Source of the DNA: Octopus vulgaris
Taxonomy: Eukaryota
NCBI GenBank assembly: GCA_951406725.2
Contig: OX597815.1
Coordinates: 76,136,001 to 76,200,000, forward strand
Length of the DNA: 64,000 nt
Reading direction: 5' to 3'
The position numbers were made by a program, and so were the translations under genes. Under the pieces are notes generated by a model. The model saw only the letters and a list, made by a program, of their open reading frames with translations. It did not search any database and was not told where the DNA came from. This document shows positions 52,411-64,000 of the stretch, one piece after another (within the stretch, counting starts at the first letter, position 1; each line of letters begins with the position of its first letter).

Positions 52411-53461
52411 GGATCTTTTCTGTTTGATAGACGGAATTTTCTAGTTAACTAAACAATTTGAAACTTCGTATACTGGTAGAATGTGTCAAAAGAAACATTA
52501 TTGTAAACAAAATTGAAAACAAAATTGTAATTCGTAACTTAAACGTAGTTTAATTTTATGAATTTTAACCAATGAAATTGCAGCATTCGAGCTCAAATTA
52601 TTTACTTACGAGTTAAAACTCACACGCACATGTCTTATTCATCCTTGTCTCTTCTTCTGTCTTCTACATGTGTTAGAAATAACAGCTATATCTCTTAAAT
52701 CGATGAATTTCGTCGCCCAATAAAAATATTAACGATATTTTTTGAATATTTTCTTTATTTTTTTTTACCGAAAAGGCTTCTCCCATGGTTTTGAAGGGCC
52801 AGAAACAACAAAAACAAAACAATAATATGCCTAAATTGGTCTCGAGTTTGCGTGTGGAGTGTGAGTAGTATTGTAAAAATTTGCGAAATATTTTTTCATA
52901 AAAGGATGCCCTCAGCTTGTTGTAAGCTGTGATATAAATTGGGAAAAAAATCCTTGACACCAGTGCGTAATTGGTACTTAATTTATCGACCCCGAAACGA
53001 TGAAACATTGACCCCACCCCTTCTGGTTTATTTACCTTTTGTGCAAATTTGTTGCGGCAAGTGGCAAAACATGAACGTGTATGTATGCTTGTGTGTGTAT
53101 GTATATGTCCGTTTGTATGTGTGTGTACGCTTATATATTAATTACTATGTGCTTGTGCAAATGTATATGCGTGTGTTTGAGAGAGAGAGAGAGAGAGTGT
53201 GTGTGTGTGTCGTGCGTCTGCTATATTTCTTTATCAATATCGATAACGCAGCAATGCTGGGATTTCATTGGTTAAAATTCGAAGATGTTGGGATTTCATT
53301 GGTTAAAATTCGTAAAATTAAACTACGTTTAAGTTACGAATTACAATTTTGTTTTCAATTTTGTTTACAATAATGTTTTCTTTTGACACATTCTACCAGT
53401 ATACGAAGTTTCAAATTTTTTAGTTAACTAGAAAATTCCGTCTATCAAACAGAAAAGATCC
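52411..53461. mobile_element. Non-autonomous DNA transposon with ~168-bp TIRs and 8-bp TSD
   Basis: ggatcttttctgtttgatagacgg...ccgtctatcaaacagaaaagatcc; gaaacttt at 52403-52410 and 53462-53469. Confidence 0.88.
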
Positions 53462-53963
53462 GAAACTTTACTGACTTCTTCTCAGACACCTATTAATATC
53501 ACTGCTATATCTGTGCTAACAACTGGGAATACTAACCCCATCATGCATTGTGGCTTGATTCCAACAAAACTTCTTTTTTCCCCTTCTGTCAGCTCCACCA
53601 ACACCATTTTTTAATATTTTTTTATTTACTTGCTGTTGTTTTCTGTTACTGTTTGAATTGCTGCTTTTCTCTTGTTATTATTATTATTATTATTATTGAT
53701 ATGCTAATAAGTAAATGTTAATTATTTTTTCTCTCAATAATTTTAGTTTCTATTGTTTTTTTCTTTTGCTATATTTTTGTATATTGTTGTTCTAGTTATT
53801 AGTTCATGCTTGTTGTAACTATAACCATACATAGAAAAATGTGTGTTACTTTGTTCTGTGTTTGATAATTTACACTTGCCTTGAACCTTTAAATCATAAA
53901 CTATGTAACATCTATAATATAATATATGGAACAGTTTAAATGATGCATTTTACTTACTTTCAG

Positions 53964-54019
53964 GCACTTCAGTATTGTTACCACCTCCTGCAGTGCCACC
54001 TCGGACATCTCCTAAAGAT
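53964..54019 (+). CDS. REPS1: REPS1 exon (GTSVLLPPPAVPPRTSPKD)
   Basis: actttcag acceptor, GAT|gtatgt donor, phase 1-0; PxxPxR SH3-ligand motif. Confidence 0.88.
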
Positions 54020-56832
54020 GTATGTAGCTTCTGTATATTATAACTTAATTCGTAACCATCTTTAATATTTATGTTTTCAATATGGATTGCTGTTGACATG
54101 CTAAAGAGATATGTGTATATAAATGATTTGAGGTATTTCAGCTAAAGGACATATTTTAATGAGGAATTCTTTGTTGATGTTATTTCAAAATTTCTGCATA
54201 GATTTTTTATGAAGCCACAGTACTGTAGCTGTGAAGTTAAAATGAGTTCAAATTTTAATACTGTAGCCACTGTATTTTGCTCCTTTGCAAGGTACATGTA
54301 CCAGCTTGCTTGTTTAAGAAAGGTTTCATTTCTCTACAGCTGGATGGTAAGGAATAAGAAAGGTGCATAGATTTTTAGTAAGAATAACTTAACATAAACC
54401 ATTCAGTTTATGCTTACCCTCCCCTGCTCTCTTCTTGCATCCCTTTACCTTCCCTAACTCATGCTTCATTAGCCATCCTCCACCCTTGTATCCATCACTC
54501 CCTACATTCATACTCAATCTTTACAGATGTTACCTACATCCCCTCTCCTATTTTTCCTATCATTTGACCCAACTCACTTCTACTCACATCATACCTCGAG
54601 GTGCCATCTGGACACCTCGTCATCACTATTTGTCTCTTTACAGCTACTACTGATTTATTCTCAACTCTCCACTAGCTTTTCTAGAACAAGAACCTGCTCT
54701 GCCCCACTTGTTTCTCTCATACCCTAACCATCATCCCCTAACCATCATCCCCTAGTGTAAAGCCACTGCCTTGCATTTTGTAGTCTTGCAAGCTGCATAG
54801 TGACCTCACTAGTGCCAATTGCATGAAAAAGTACCCAGTATACATTATAAAGTGATCAGCATTAGGAAGGATATTCAGCTGTAAAAACCATGCCAAAGTA
54901 GACATTAGAATATAACGCAGTCCTTGGACCCGTCAGATTGCATCAAACTGTCCAACTCATGCTGGCGTGGAACATGGATGTCAAATGATGATGATATACC
55001 CTATAAGCAAAGCATCATTTATATTTAAAACCTTAACAGACTTTGATGGAACATACATTTTATATATAACCATGAAGTTTTCCCTTATGATGGTTTATTT
55101 ATTCTGAAATATTTAGTTTATACAGAACTATATAAATATTGATAGTTACAAATACTCTGTAATCATGATCAACTTTTAATGTCTGTCTTCTATGCTATCA
55201 TGGGTTGGATGGTTTGATAGGATCTGGTGAGCTAGAGGACTGGATCATGCTCCAGTGACTGTTTTAGCATGGTTTCTGTGGCTGGATACCTTTAATACAA
55301 ACCGTTTGACAGTGTACTGGGTGCACTTTTCATGGCTCTAGCACTAGCAGAGATCGCCTTGTAATGCTCATGATTAAGTGCCAAAAGTGGTCCCAATAAC
55401 TGTAAATGAGTAGAAGAAAGAGGGAGCAATGACTTTAGGTGTGCAGATTGAGTAAGATTGGTAGTAAATATTTGATTGCTATTTATTGAAGTGTAGTTTT
55501 AATTTTATGAGTGTTGCTTTCACCAAAGTTTTGATGATTGTCAATGCTGCTGATGTCAATCAATTTTAGCATTTAACAACTTAACCTGTTTTCCTTTCTT
55601 TATGAAAGCATGGTTGTGATGGAGCAATTAGTTTTTATAGCTGGATACCCTAATTGTAATTGCTTATTTATTAATTTACAAGTAGAGCCTGATATTTGTC
55701 CAACAGGCAAACTGATGCAAGCAGAGTAAAGTACCTTTCCCAACACAGTAATTATTTATTGTTATAGTAAAATTTGAAGTACAGAGCCTAAACCCCACAG
55801 CCATTTTGCACCTCTTTTTCCGACTTGGCAACTATCATAGATTTATATTTAAATTCATGATATTTTCCAAAATCTCTTTATCTCAATTAGTTTTAAAATT
55901 GGTTTTAAAACTAAATATTTTCTAGTTCTTGCTTCTGTCCTCCTCATGCCTTCAGCTATTGAAGGTCCTTCTTCAAAATATTAGTATTGTTTTTCTCTGA
56001 ACTTTGTTAAACTCATTTTTGCTGATACAGACCACCATTGGGGTCCTTCAGACCATCAATGGTTCCTACAGGTTTAAAGGATTAACTTCATAACTTTGTA
56101 CAATATTCTTAAGGGAGGGGCTGCTTTAATTTATAAGGTTCTTAATTGCAGAAGATCTTAAAGTTCAAAGCAAATTGAAAAAAATGTTATTCCTAGAAAT
56201 ATGCCACAAGTGATTCCTCAGTCTTAAGCTACATTGACAAAATAGTGTTAATAGCAACAGCTACAACAATTGATCAGTTAATTGAATTTCTTCAAAATAA
56301 TCTTAAATTGAAAGTTTGAATGTGAATGTATGTGTGCAAACATGCATGCACTCATGCTTTCTCATTCCTAGTAGCATTCTTCTTATAGTTAATGCTTTTA
56401 TTGTCAATGCTCTTTGTAGATGGACTGCTGAGTTAATTTTGCCTTTCTTCCCTCTAGAATCAATAAAATCAAATGCTTGTTTAAAAAAACCCCAGCTTTG
56501 TGGCAGTTAAAAAAAAAATTCAAATGTTTCTGTATTCAAAATTTTCATTGGTTCTCTGTAAAAGTTTGAAATTGGGTTCATTCTGTTTAATAGTTGGTCT
56601 CTCCCTCTTTCATGTATAAATACACACCCAACACAGCTTATTAAAATAGAAAGGTAGATTATTTTGTTAATCATAGATCATTTATACATGAACCAATATT
56701 GATATAAACTTCTTTGGGGCATTGTCATTCTCTATATGTTGTTTATTTGCTATTGTTATTTCTGAAATAAATAGAACTTGAATCATTTCTTCAAAGCAAG
56801 GTTATCAAACTATATTAATCTACCTTCATCAG

Positions 56833-57039
56833 GTCTCTAGGCAAAGCAGGGATATCTTACTTGGATTTGGAGGTATGCAGTCAGAAAAGATTTTCCGATT
56901 TACTGATTTCTCTTCTCAAGATCTCGATTCTGTTGACCATTCTGAGGACTCTACCTCAGTTACACCAGCCATTAAATTACAGGCTCCCATGGTGGAGAAG
57001 CATCGTCGGTGTGCTTCTCTTGATATACGTCAAATTGGG
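56833..57039 (+). CDS. REPS1: REPS1 exon (VSRQSR...FRFTDFSSQ...KHRRCASLDIRQIG)
   Basis: ttcatcag acceptor, GGG|gtaaga donor, phase 0-0; contains ORF 56875. Confidence 0.85.
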
Positions 57040-57489
57040 GTAAGACTGTGGTTCTATCCCTAAGAACCCTACTCGCTTGCCAGCCTATCATTATAAACTG
57101 GTGTTGGGATTTTTAATTAAAAAAAATTTTTTTCATACTGGGAGCTTATTAGCTAGCTTCAAACTACACTTTATTTTTTTTTAATTCTTAATTTTTAATA
57201 TTTTTTCCTTCTTTCTCCATTCTTTTGCTTAATTAATAATTACTGACAGTTATTTATCCAATATTGACCTTTGCAGTAAATGATTTAGAAAGCTAATAGT
57301 TTAGTCTCTCGCTCTTCATTTCCCATCTAACTCTGTGTGTATGTGTAAAATGTATTTTATGTATATATGCATGTGTGTGTGTGTGTTATATATATATAGA
57401 TAGATAAAAAAAACTTACTTGGAAGAGGATGTGTGGCATTCAATCATATAATAATATAATATATATATATGTACATACTTACATCTATA

Positions 57490-58625
57490 TGTATATATAT
57501 ATATGCATATGTGGGCATAGGATGTCATGAAACGTGTACAACAAAAAATATGAAGTACATGGAATATGAACTATTCTTTCGAGCAATAAAAGACACAAAT
57601 GGAAAACAAAACAAACAACATAAAGAACGACCCTTCATCAGTTGTTGGCTGTTTTTCTAGTCTCGTATTTTGAGCATTTAAGAACAATATGCGCTTTTGA
57701 TAAAACACTTGCTCCTGCAAAGCAAATTAAATAAAATTTGAGATTTTGCGGAGGGTCAGAATAGGTAACACAAACAGGACAGTGAAAACAAACAGGAAGG
57801 GCTGCTAAGCCAAAAGGAGGTTGTGGTGGTGAATGCGTAAATCAAGCTAGGACAAGAGATAAACAAGAGCACGTTTTTATTGTTCCAGCTACAGTGGAGA
57901 GAAAGAAAGATGACCAATGGTCACGTGGGAGCCATGTAAGGGAGGAGAAGTGAGAGAGAGTAACAATGTAATAGGATAGAAAAGTGTGAGAGGAGGAGAT
58001 AAGAGAAATATAAGAGTGAAAAGATCTTATAGAGTGCATGTCAGGATTATTCTCTTGCAAGTAAGTTTTATCGTAATAATTCTGATGCGCACTCTATTCA
58101 ATCTTTTTACTCTTTTGTTTTTCTCTCTCTTATTCTTTTACCTCCTCTTCTCCCACTATTCTATCCTATTACTTTGTCACTCACTCTCCTTCACTCTACC
58201 TCCCTTGTTCACATGGCTCCCACATGACCATTGGCCATCTTTCTTTCTTTCTCTCCACTGTAGCTGGAACAATAACGACGTGCTCTTGTTTGTCTCTTGG
58301 CTTAGCAGCCCTTCCTGTTTGTTTTCACTGTCCTGTTTGTGTTACCTATTTTGACCCTCTGCAAAATCTCAAATTTTATTTAATTTGCTTTGCGGGGGGC
58401 AACTGTCTTATCTAAAGTGTATATTTGTTGTTAAATGCATGAAATATGAGACTAGAAAAGCAGCCAACAACTGATGAAGGGTCGTTTTTGTTGTTTGTTT
58501 TGTTTTCCATTTGTGTCTTTGTTGTTCGAGAGAATAGTTCATGTTTTATGCACTTGTGCTTCATACTTTTTTGTTGTATACATTTCATGACGTCCTGTGC
58601 CCACATGCATATATATATATATATA
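57490..58625. repeat. About 1.1-kb imperfect palindrome (foldback element) within (TA)n
   Basis: Arms are reverse complements around a centre near 58063. Confidence 0.88.
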
Positions 58626-59840
58626 CATACACACACACAAGCAGTTTGACATGCCTCTTAATGTTGTTTAAGGTAGATGGAAAATATATATCCATCTCCT
58701 CAAATGTTCTCCATCCATGTATGTATGTATGTATGTAAATATATATATATATTAAGTGCTGCTTATGTGCATTTGATCGCTTGTGTGTGTACGTGCACGT
58801 GCACACACACACACTTTTTAGTTTATTACTGCAGATTTTTTTGCACAGTTCAGAACCAGCATTGCAAGCTACAATGATTCATAGACTAATAATTCTATGT
58901 AAACAAAGGGATAAAAGCACTAAATGGATTTTATCCAAATTCTGCTATCTCTTTTTTTCTCTTAATATTATAAAATCTCTGCACCACTTCAAGCTACACA
59001 GACACATGTAAATGTTGAATGATGAGAATGAGTGCTCAGCATTGCATTGGTGGATATGGATAGAATTTGTTTATATATATATAATATATATATAATTTAA
59101 TAGTATATCTATTCAACACAGAGAGAGAGAGAGAGAGAGCCATACACATACACACACACTTTAATGTTACTTTTAATTGACAGAAAGTTACAAAAGTGAC
59201 CTAAGGCTTAAGTTTCATGAACTTCATGTATGGTATTTATCAAACTGTTTGATAAGTGTGGTGCACGAAACTTTTGGCCATTGAGTCACTTTTGTACAAA
59301 CAAATGTGTGTGTATATACATAGTGGTTAAAGTGTTGATGGATTTACAGTCAAAGATTACAGTAAAGGAGATGTTTCACCATTTGTGAGTAGGCATAAAT
59401 GTGATGTTTGAACCAATATCTCTGAGTTTAAGAACACTAAAATCAATGTATTTTTAACTGCTAACATATCAGTGTATGAAGGTAGATGTGATTGTCTCTT
59501 ATTTGACTTGGATTTGGTCAAGACTTGCTTATCTAAGACCCAGTCCATTTTATCACCCTGTATAGTCATAATTGTTTAGAACTTATCTAATAAGTGTCTT
59601 CTTTTTCTGAACCTAAAACAGTGGCAGTATAGATGAGGTGATGAAGCACATTTAGAAATAAACACATTCAGTCTTTTTGCACTACTTCTATGACTTTGCA
59701 TTTTTTAAAAACTTCTGATGCTCTTGTCAAAGCTTTTTATGCAGTTAATTTTCTTCAGCCTTTCTGTACACAGTGGTGTAGCACGGGTTTCTGTGGCCCC
59801 CTCCCTTAGTTATAACTTAACTTTAACTACAGCAACCATG

Positions 59841-59896
<56 letters not shown>

Positions 59897-60052
59897 TAAG
59901 TGGCTGCCCTATGTGGTCTGACTACTCCACGTTACCCCACTGTCTTTGCCATTATTTTTAATCAACTTTTTTTTATATGTTTTTAAAAATTTGAATCTGA
60001 GAAATTTATTTTTCATGTTCTTTAAAAACAATATTCTGTTTTCTTTTTATAG

Positions 60053-60076
60053 AATTGCTTCATGTTAGTATCAGAG
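60053..60076 (+). CDS. Candidate 24-nt microexon (NCFMLVSE)
   Basis: ttctgttttctttttatag acceptor, GAG|gtattt donor, phase 0-0, no stop codon. Confidence 0.5.
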
Positions 60077-60161
60077 GTATTTTTTATCACCTATTGTTTA
60101 TTTTAAAATTCATTTTTTTTAATATCTAGTTGTCTGACATCCAATCCTCATTGCTTTTCAG

Positions 60162-60195
60162 GGTTTGCCTCCTATTACAACTCAAACAGATACAG
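60162..60195 (+). CDS. REPS1: REPS1 small exon (GLPPITTQTDT)
   Basis: gcttttcag acceptor, CAG|gtatgt donor, phase 0-1. Confidence 0.75.
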
Positions 60196-60309
60196 GTATG
60201 TTTTAATTTTGGACCCTCATGTTACGCTCTATTTTCATACAAGCCCTTTTGTGTGTGTGTGTGTGTGTGTGAGATTATTTTAATACTGGTGTAGGTTGGT
60301 GATTGTGTT

Positions 60310-61440
60310 AGAAATTGTTTCTTTTCTTGTGCCATGTCTAGGATACAGAACATGAGTAGTCATGTTCTGCCTCAATTCTCTGTTCTTTGTTTTCTGTAAT
60401 AGTTCTACTTCATGATGTTTAATACATCTTTCTTCCAACCAGTTTGTCAAGTTTGATAACCATATCACCCTTCTTCTTCTTCTGCTTCTTTTCCATTCAA
60501 TCTTTCCAGTCATTAGTAAATTCTCTACCCCCCCCCATCAAACAGCCAAGAAATCTCAGTTGTTTGGTCCTTATCTCAAGAAGCAGTTTCCTATTTACCA
60601 CAGCCTGGGTCATCACTTCTTCATTAAACACTTTGTCCATGCTATCTTTCATATTCTCCTTAAGAGCCATATTTCATAGCTCTTTGAGCACCTTCTCATT
60701 TCTGATATTATAGACCATGCTTCACTTCCATACATTAACACAGGGTAGTCCTAGCTGTTCAATATATGGATCTTGGTCTTGATGCTTGGAGTACAATTTC
60801 TCAAGATGTTATGCAATTTTGAGAATGCAGATTCTGCCAGCACTATTTGTCTTTTGATCTCCTTCACACGTTTTGTCTTCTATGATTAAAGTTCCAAGGT
60901 AGTTGAAGGTTGATACCTGCTTAATGATTTGATTGTTCATTTTCAGCATGTACTTAGGGTTCCATTCTTTGTCACCACTATACACTCTGTCTTCTTGTGT
61001 TTTATGAACAGACCTTTCCTCTCACTTTCTCACTACATCCTGAATCCCCTTTTCTGTGCCATCTGCATATCTTATGTTTGTGATGTTTCTGCCTCTTATT
61101 CTAAGACCTTTTTCCTTCTCCATTTCTCTTATGATCAACTCGCTATGATAATTGAAGAGATCTGGTGGCATAACACATCCTTGTTTAATCCTTCACCTGA
61201 TGCTAGTGTATTCACAGCCTTCTCCATTCACCTTTATGCACTCTGATTGGTTCCAGTACAAGCTCTGCAAGATTTCAAGGTCTTTTCCATGCAGATCAAG
61301 GTTGCTGAGTTCTTCATGTTTTACTTTGTTGAAGGCATTTGTGTGATCTATGAAGCACATGAAGATGTCTATTTGCATCTCCATCACCCACTCTGTTATC
61401 ATTCTCAGCGCAAAAATAGCAATACAATATATTTGCAAAA
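60310..61440 (-). mobile_element. Degraded RTE/BovB-like LINE fragment
   Basis: IFALRMITE...MCFIDHTNAFNKVKHEEL and GKIEWKRSRRRRRVIWL on the minus strand. Confidence 0.8.
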
Positions 61441-62493
61441 CAGTATGTAATTTATGAGTTTCAACTATGTCATTTCATTTCAAAATTATCTGTGTATTCC
61501 ACATCTCTTGCCATTGGTTTATCTTTGTTTCAACTACTTTCATACACCAACTTTTCACTCTCCAAATATCCATTCATATTATATGTTTGCATCAGTGCAC
61601 TGACATTTCTTAGACATGTCAATCATTGTGTTTGATACAGCTGCTTTTGCATCACACTTATACTATACTTTATCTAAATTAATTTTTTAAAAAACTGACA
61701 GATGATTCCTCTGCAACCTTTTCAAATCTCCTATATACATATTGCTTAAATTTTACTTTCATGTAACTCTGCTTTTTAAACATACTTCATACTATCTGCC
61801 TTTTGTAAAAAGTAAGCACTGTCTCAAATGTTTGGACACTTAGAGCCAGTTACCCAGTTTCCCTGGTGTACAAATGACTGAGACCACATTTCCCACTGAA
61901 CAGAATCCCAACCAGTTGCAGAGTTACTCATTTACAGCTAAGTGGAATGGAGCTAAGTGAAATGAAGTGTTTTCTTTCAGAACACAACATGCCACCCAGT
62001 CTGGGAATCAGAACCACAATCTTGCAATTGTGAGTGCAATACCCACACTACTAGGCCATGTGCCTTCACCTGCCCTTTGAATAGAAATATATTTTGTTTC
62101 TAGTATAGAATTCTTCCCATCCAGTTTTTAAAAAATTTATCTTACCCCAATATTTTTTCTACACTCATTCTTCTACTTCTTCCCTCATATATACATGTAC
62201 AAATTATTTATACTTTGTAGCAGAGTATATTAATAAATTTGAAAAGATTATCATTCAAACTGACATTGACTTCATTCAGCATTCTCAAGATTTACATTTT
62301 TAACAGAAGAGTTAACATTCAATGCACAAAAACATATGCAAAAGCAGTGATGTCATTATTTAAAGATAGGATCTTTCTCAAATATTATAATGTATGATAT
62401 TTGTAATTAATTTCTGTTTCATTTCCAGTTTCTGCATAATTTTCTTTTCTGATCTTTATTTTAAGCTTATTTGTTTTTTAAATTACATTTCAG

Positions 62494-62537
62494 ATAATGT
62501 TGATAGTTCAATTGTCAGTAGTACTTCAGTTTCAAAG
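62494..62537 (+). CDS. REPS1: REPS1 small exon (DNVDSSIVSSTSVSK)
   Basis: catttcag acceptor, AAG|gtgagt donor, phase 1-0. Confidence 0.78.
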
Positions 62538-63134
62538 GTGAGTTTTGTAATATATTGAGCATATCAAGAATACTCACATTTTCTTTTACTTGTTTCAGTC
62601 ATTGGAATGTGGCCATGCTGGAGTACCAGATTAAATCCACCTTAGTACTTGTTTTAAGTCTGGTACTTATTCTATCCGTCTTTTTAGACAAATTACTAAG
62701 TTACATAGACAAACCAGCACCAGTTAAGTAGTGAGTGACAAATGCAGACACTTGCACAGTCTTTCTCTGTCACTCTTTTTCTCTCACATACAAACATATA
62801 CATATGTTAGGCTTCCTTATAGTTTCCATTTACCAAATTTGCTCACAAGGCATTGGTTTGCTCAGGACATGGTAGAAGATACTTGCCAAGGTGCTTCACA
62901 AGAGTACTGAATCTAAAACCACATGGTTGGGAAGTGAACCTCTTAACTACACAGCCATGCTTACACCTGTATATATATATTTTGTATCATTAATTCTATA
63001 TCCACACTTCTGGTGTGACTGTGAAAATAAATTGATGGTCATTAGTCATAATGGCGACTGGAAGTAATTATTAGTGTAGCCCCCCACCCATCAGATATTC
63101 ATTCATCAAAGTCAGTGACATTAATGACACAAAC

Positions 63135-64000
63135 ATCATCATCATCGTTTAACGTCCGCTTTCTATGCTGGCATGGATTGGACAGTTTGGCCGAGGACTG
63201 GTGAACCAGAGGCTGCACCAGGCTCAATCTGATCTGGCAAAGTTTCTACAGCTGGATGCCCTTTCTAATGCCAACCACTCCGACAATGTAGTGGGTGCTT
63301 TTTACGTGCCATCGGCATGAGAGCCATCTGGCAGTTCCGGCAACGACCCTGCTGAAAAGGTGTTTTTATGTGCTACCTGCACGGGAACAAGTCTGGTGGC
63401 ACTGGCAACAACTACGCTCAAGTGTTGCTTTTCACGTGCCATTGGTACACACTGGCAGGGCAACACTGGCAACGACCACGCTTGAATGGTGCTTTTCATG
63501 TGTCACCAGCACGGGAGCCAATCTGTGGCCCTGGCAATGATCACACTCGCATGTGCTTTTAACTTTCCACTGGCACAAGTGCCAATCAAGCAGTACTGTC
63601 ATCAGCCACGTCAATGATTTTGGTTTGTTTACACTTGCCTGAATAGGTCTTCACAAGCAAATTTCATTGTCCAATGAATGAGGGGTACTCATAAGTGGAC
63701 TGGTTTCACCCCACGTTCAGATGTGCTTTTAACGTTCCACTGGCAAAAGTGCCAATCAGGCGGTACTGTCGTCAGCCACGTCATCAATTTTGATTTTGAT
63801 TTCACTTGCCTCAATAGGTCTTCACAAGCAAAGTTTATTGTCCAATGAATGAGGGGTATTCATAAATGGGCTGGTTACACCCACTTGCATAGGCCATGGG
63901 TTATGGTCTCACTTGGCTTGTTGGGTCTTCTCAAGCACAGCATATCTCCAAAGGTCCTGGTTGCAAGTCATTGCTTTGGTAAGGCCCAATGTTTGAAGGT
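63135..64000 (-). mobile_element. 3' end of an RTE LINE (related to 25696-27821) running off the window
   Basis: (CAT)n tail, shared 3' UTR and cacagcatatctcca motif; internal ~65-bp and ~170-bp repeats. Confidence 0.82.

Noticed and set aside
58445-58490. CTGATGA with an upstream GAAA in the large palindrome
   Set aside because: I cannot build convincing stems I and III, so it is not called a hammerhead.
63290-63740. CRISPR-like regularly spaced motif
   Set aside because: The spacers are mutually homologous, it lies in a LINE 3' UTR in eukaryotic DNA, and there are no cas genes.

Overview
This is AT-rich eukaryotic (animal) genomic DNA, not prokaryotic. The SINE and microsatellite landscape suggests a coleoid cephalopod such as Octopus (inference). 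The window lies entirely inside one + strand gene, a REPS1/REPS2-family (RalBP1-associated Eps domain) endocytic adaptor. I assembled 16 GT-AG exons (2285 nt, about 760 codons) that splice into one open frame with consistent phases. They include the second EH domain. The first EH domain and the C-terminal RalBP1-binding coiled coil lie outside the window. The introns hold a Tc1 element, three mariner copies, RTE-clade LINE fragments, two non-autonomous Helitrons, TIR/foldback elements, several SINE families and long (TA)n and (AAT)n tracts. The most notable observations are two minimal hammerhead-ribozyme motifs in Penelope-like non-autonomous repeats. One has a swapped G3:C8 core inside a TSD-flanked foldback, and the other is joined to a tRNA-derived head. 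There are also a locally templated ~95-bp insertion and in-frame candidate cassette/micro-exons. No database search or folding program was run, so all family assignments come from motif recognition.
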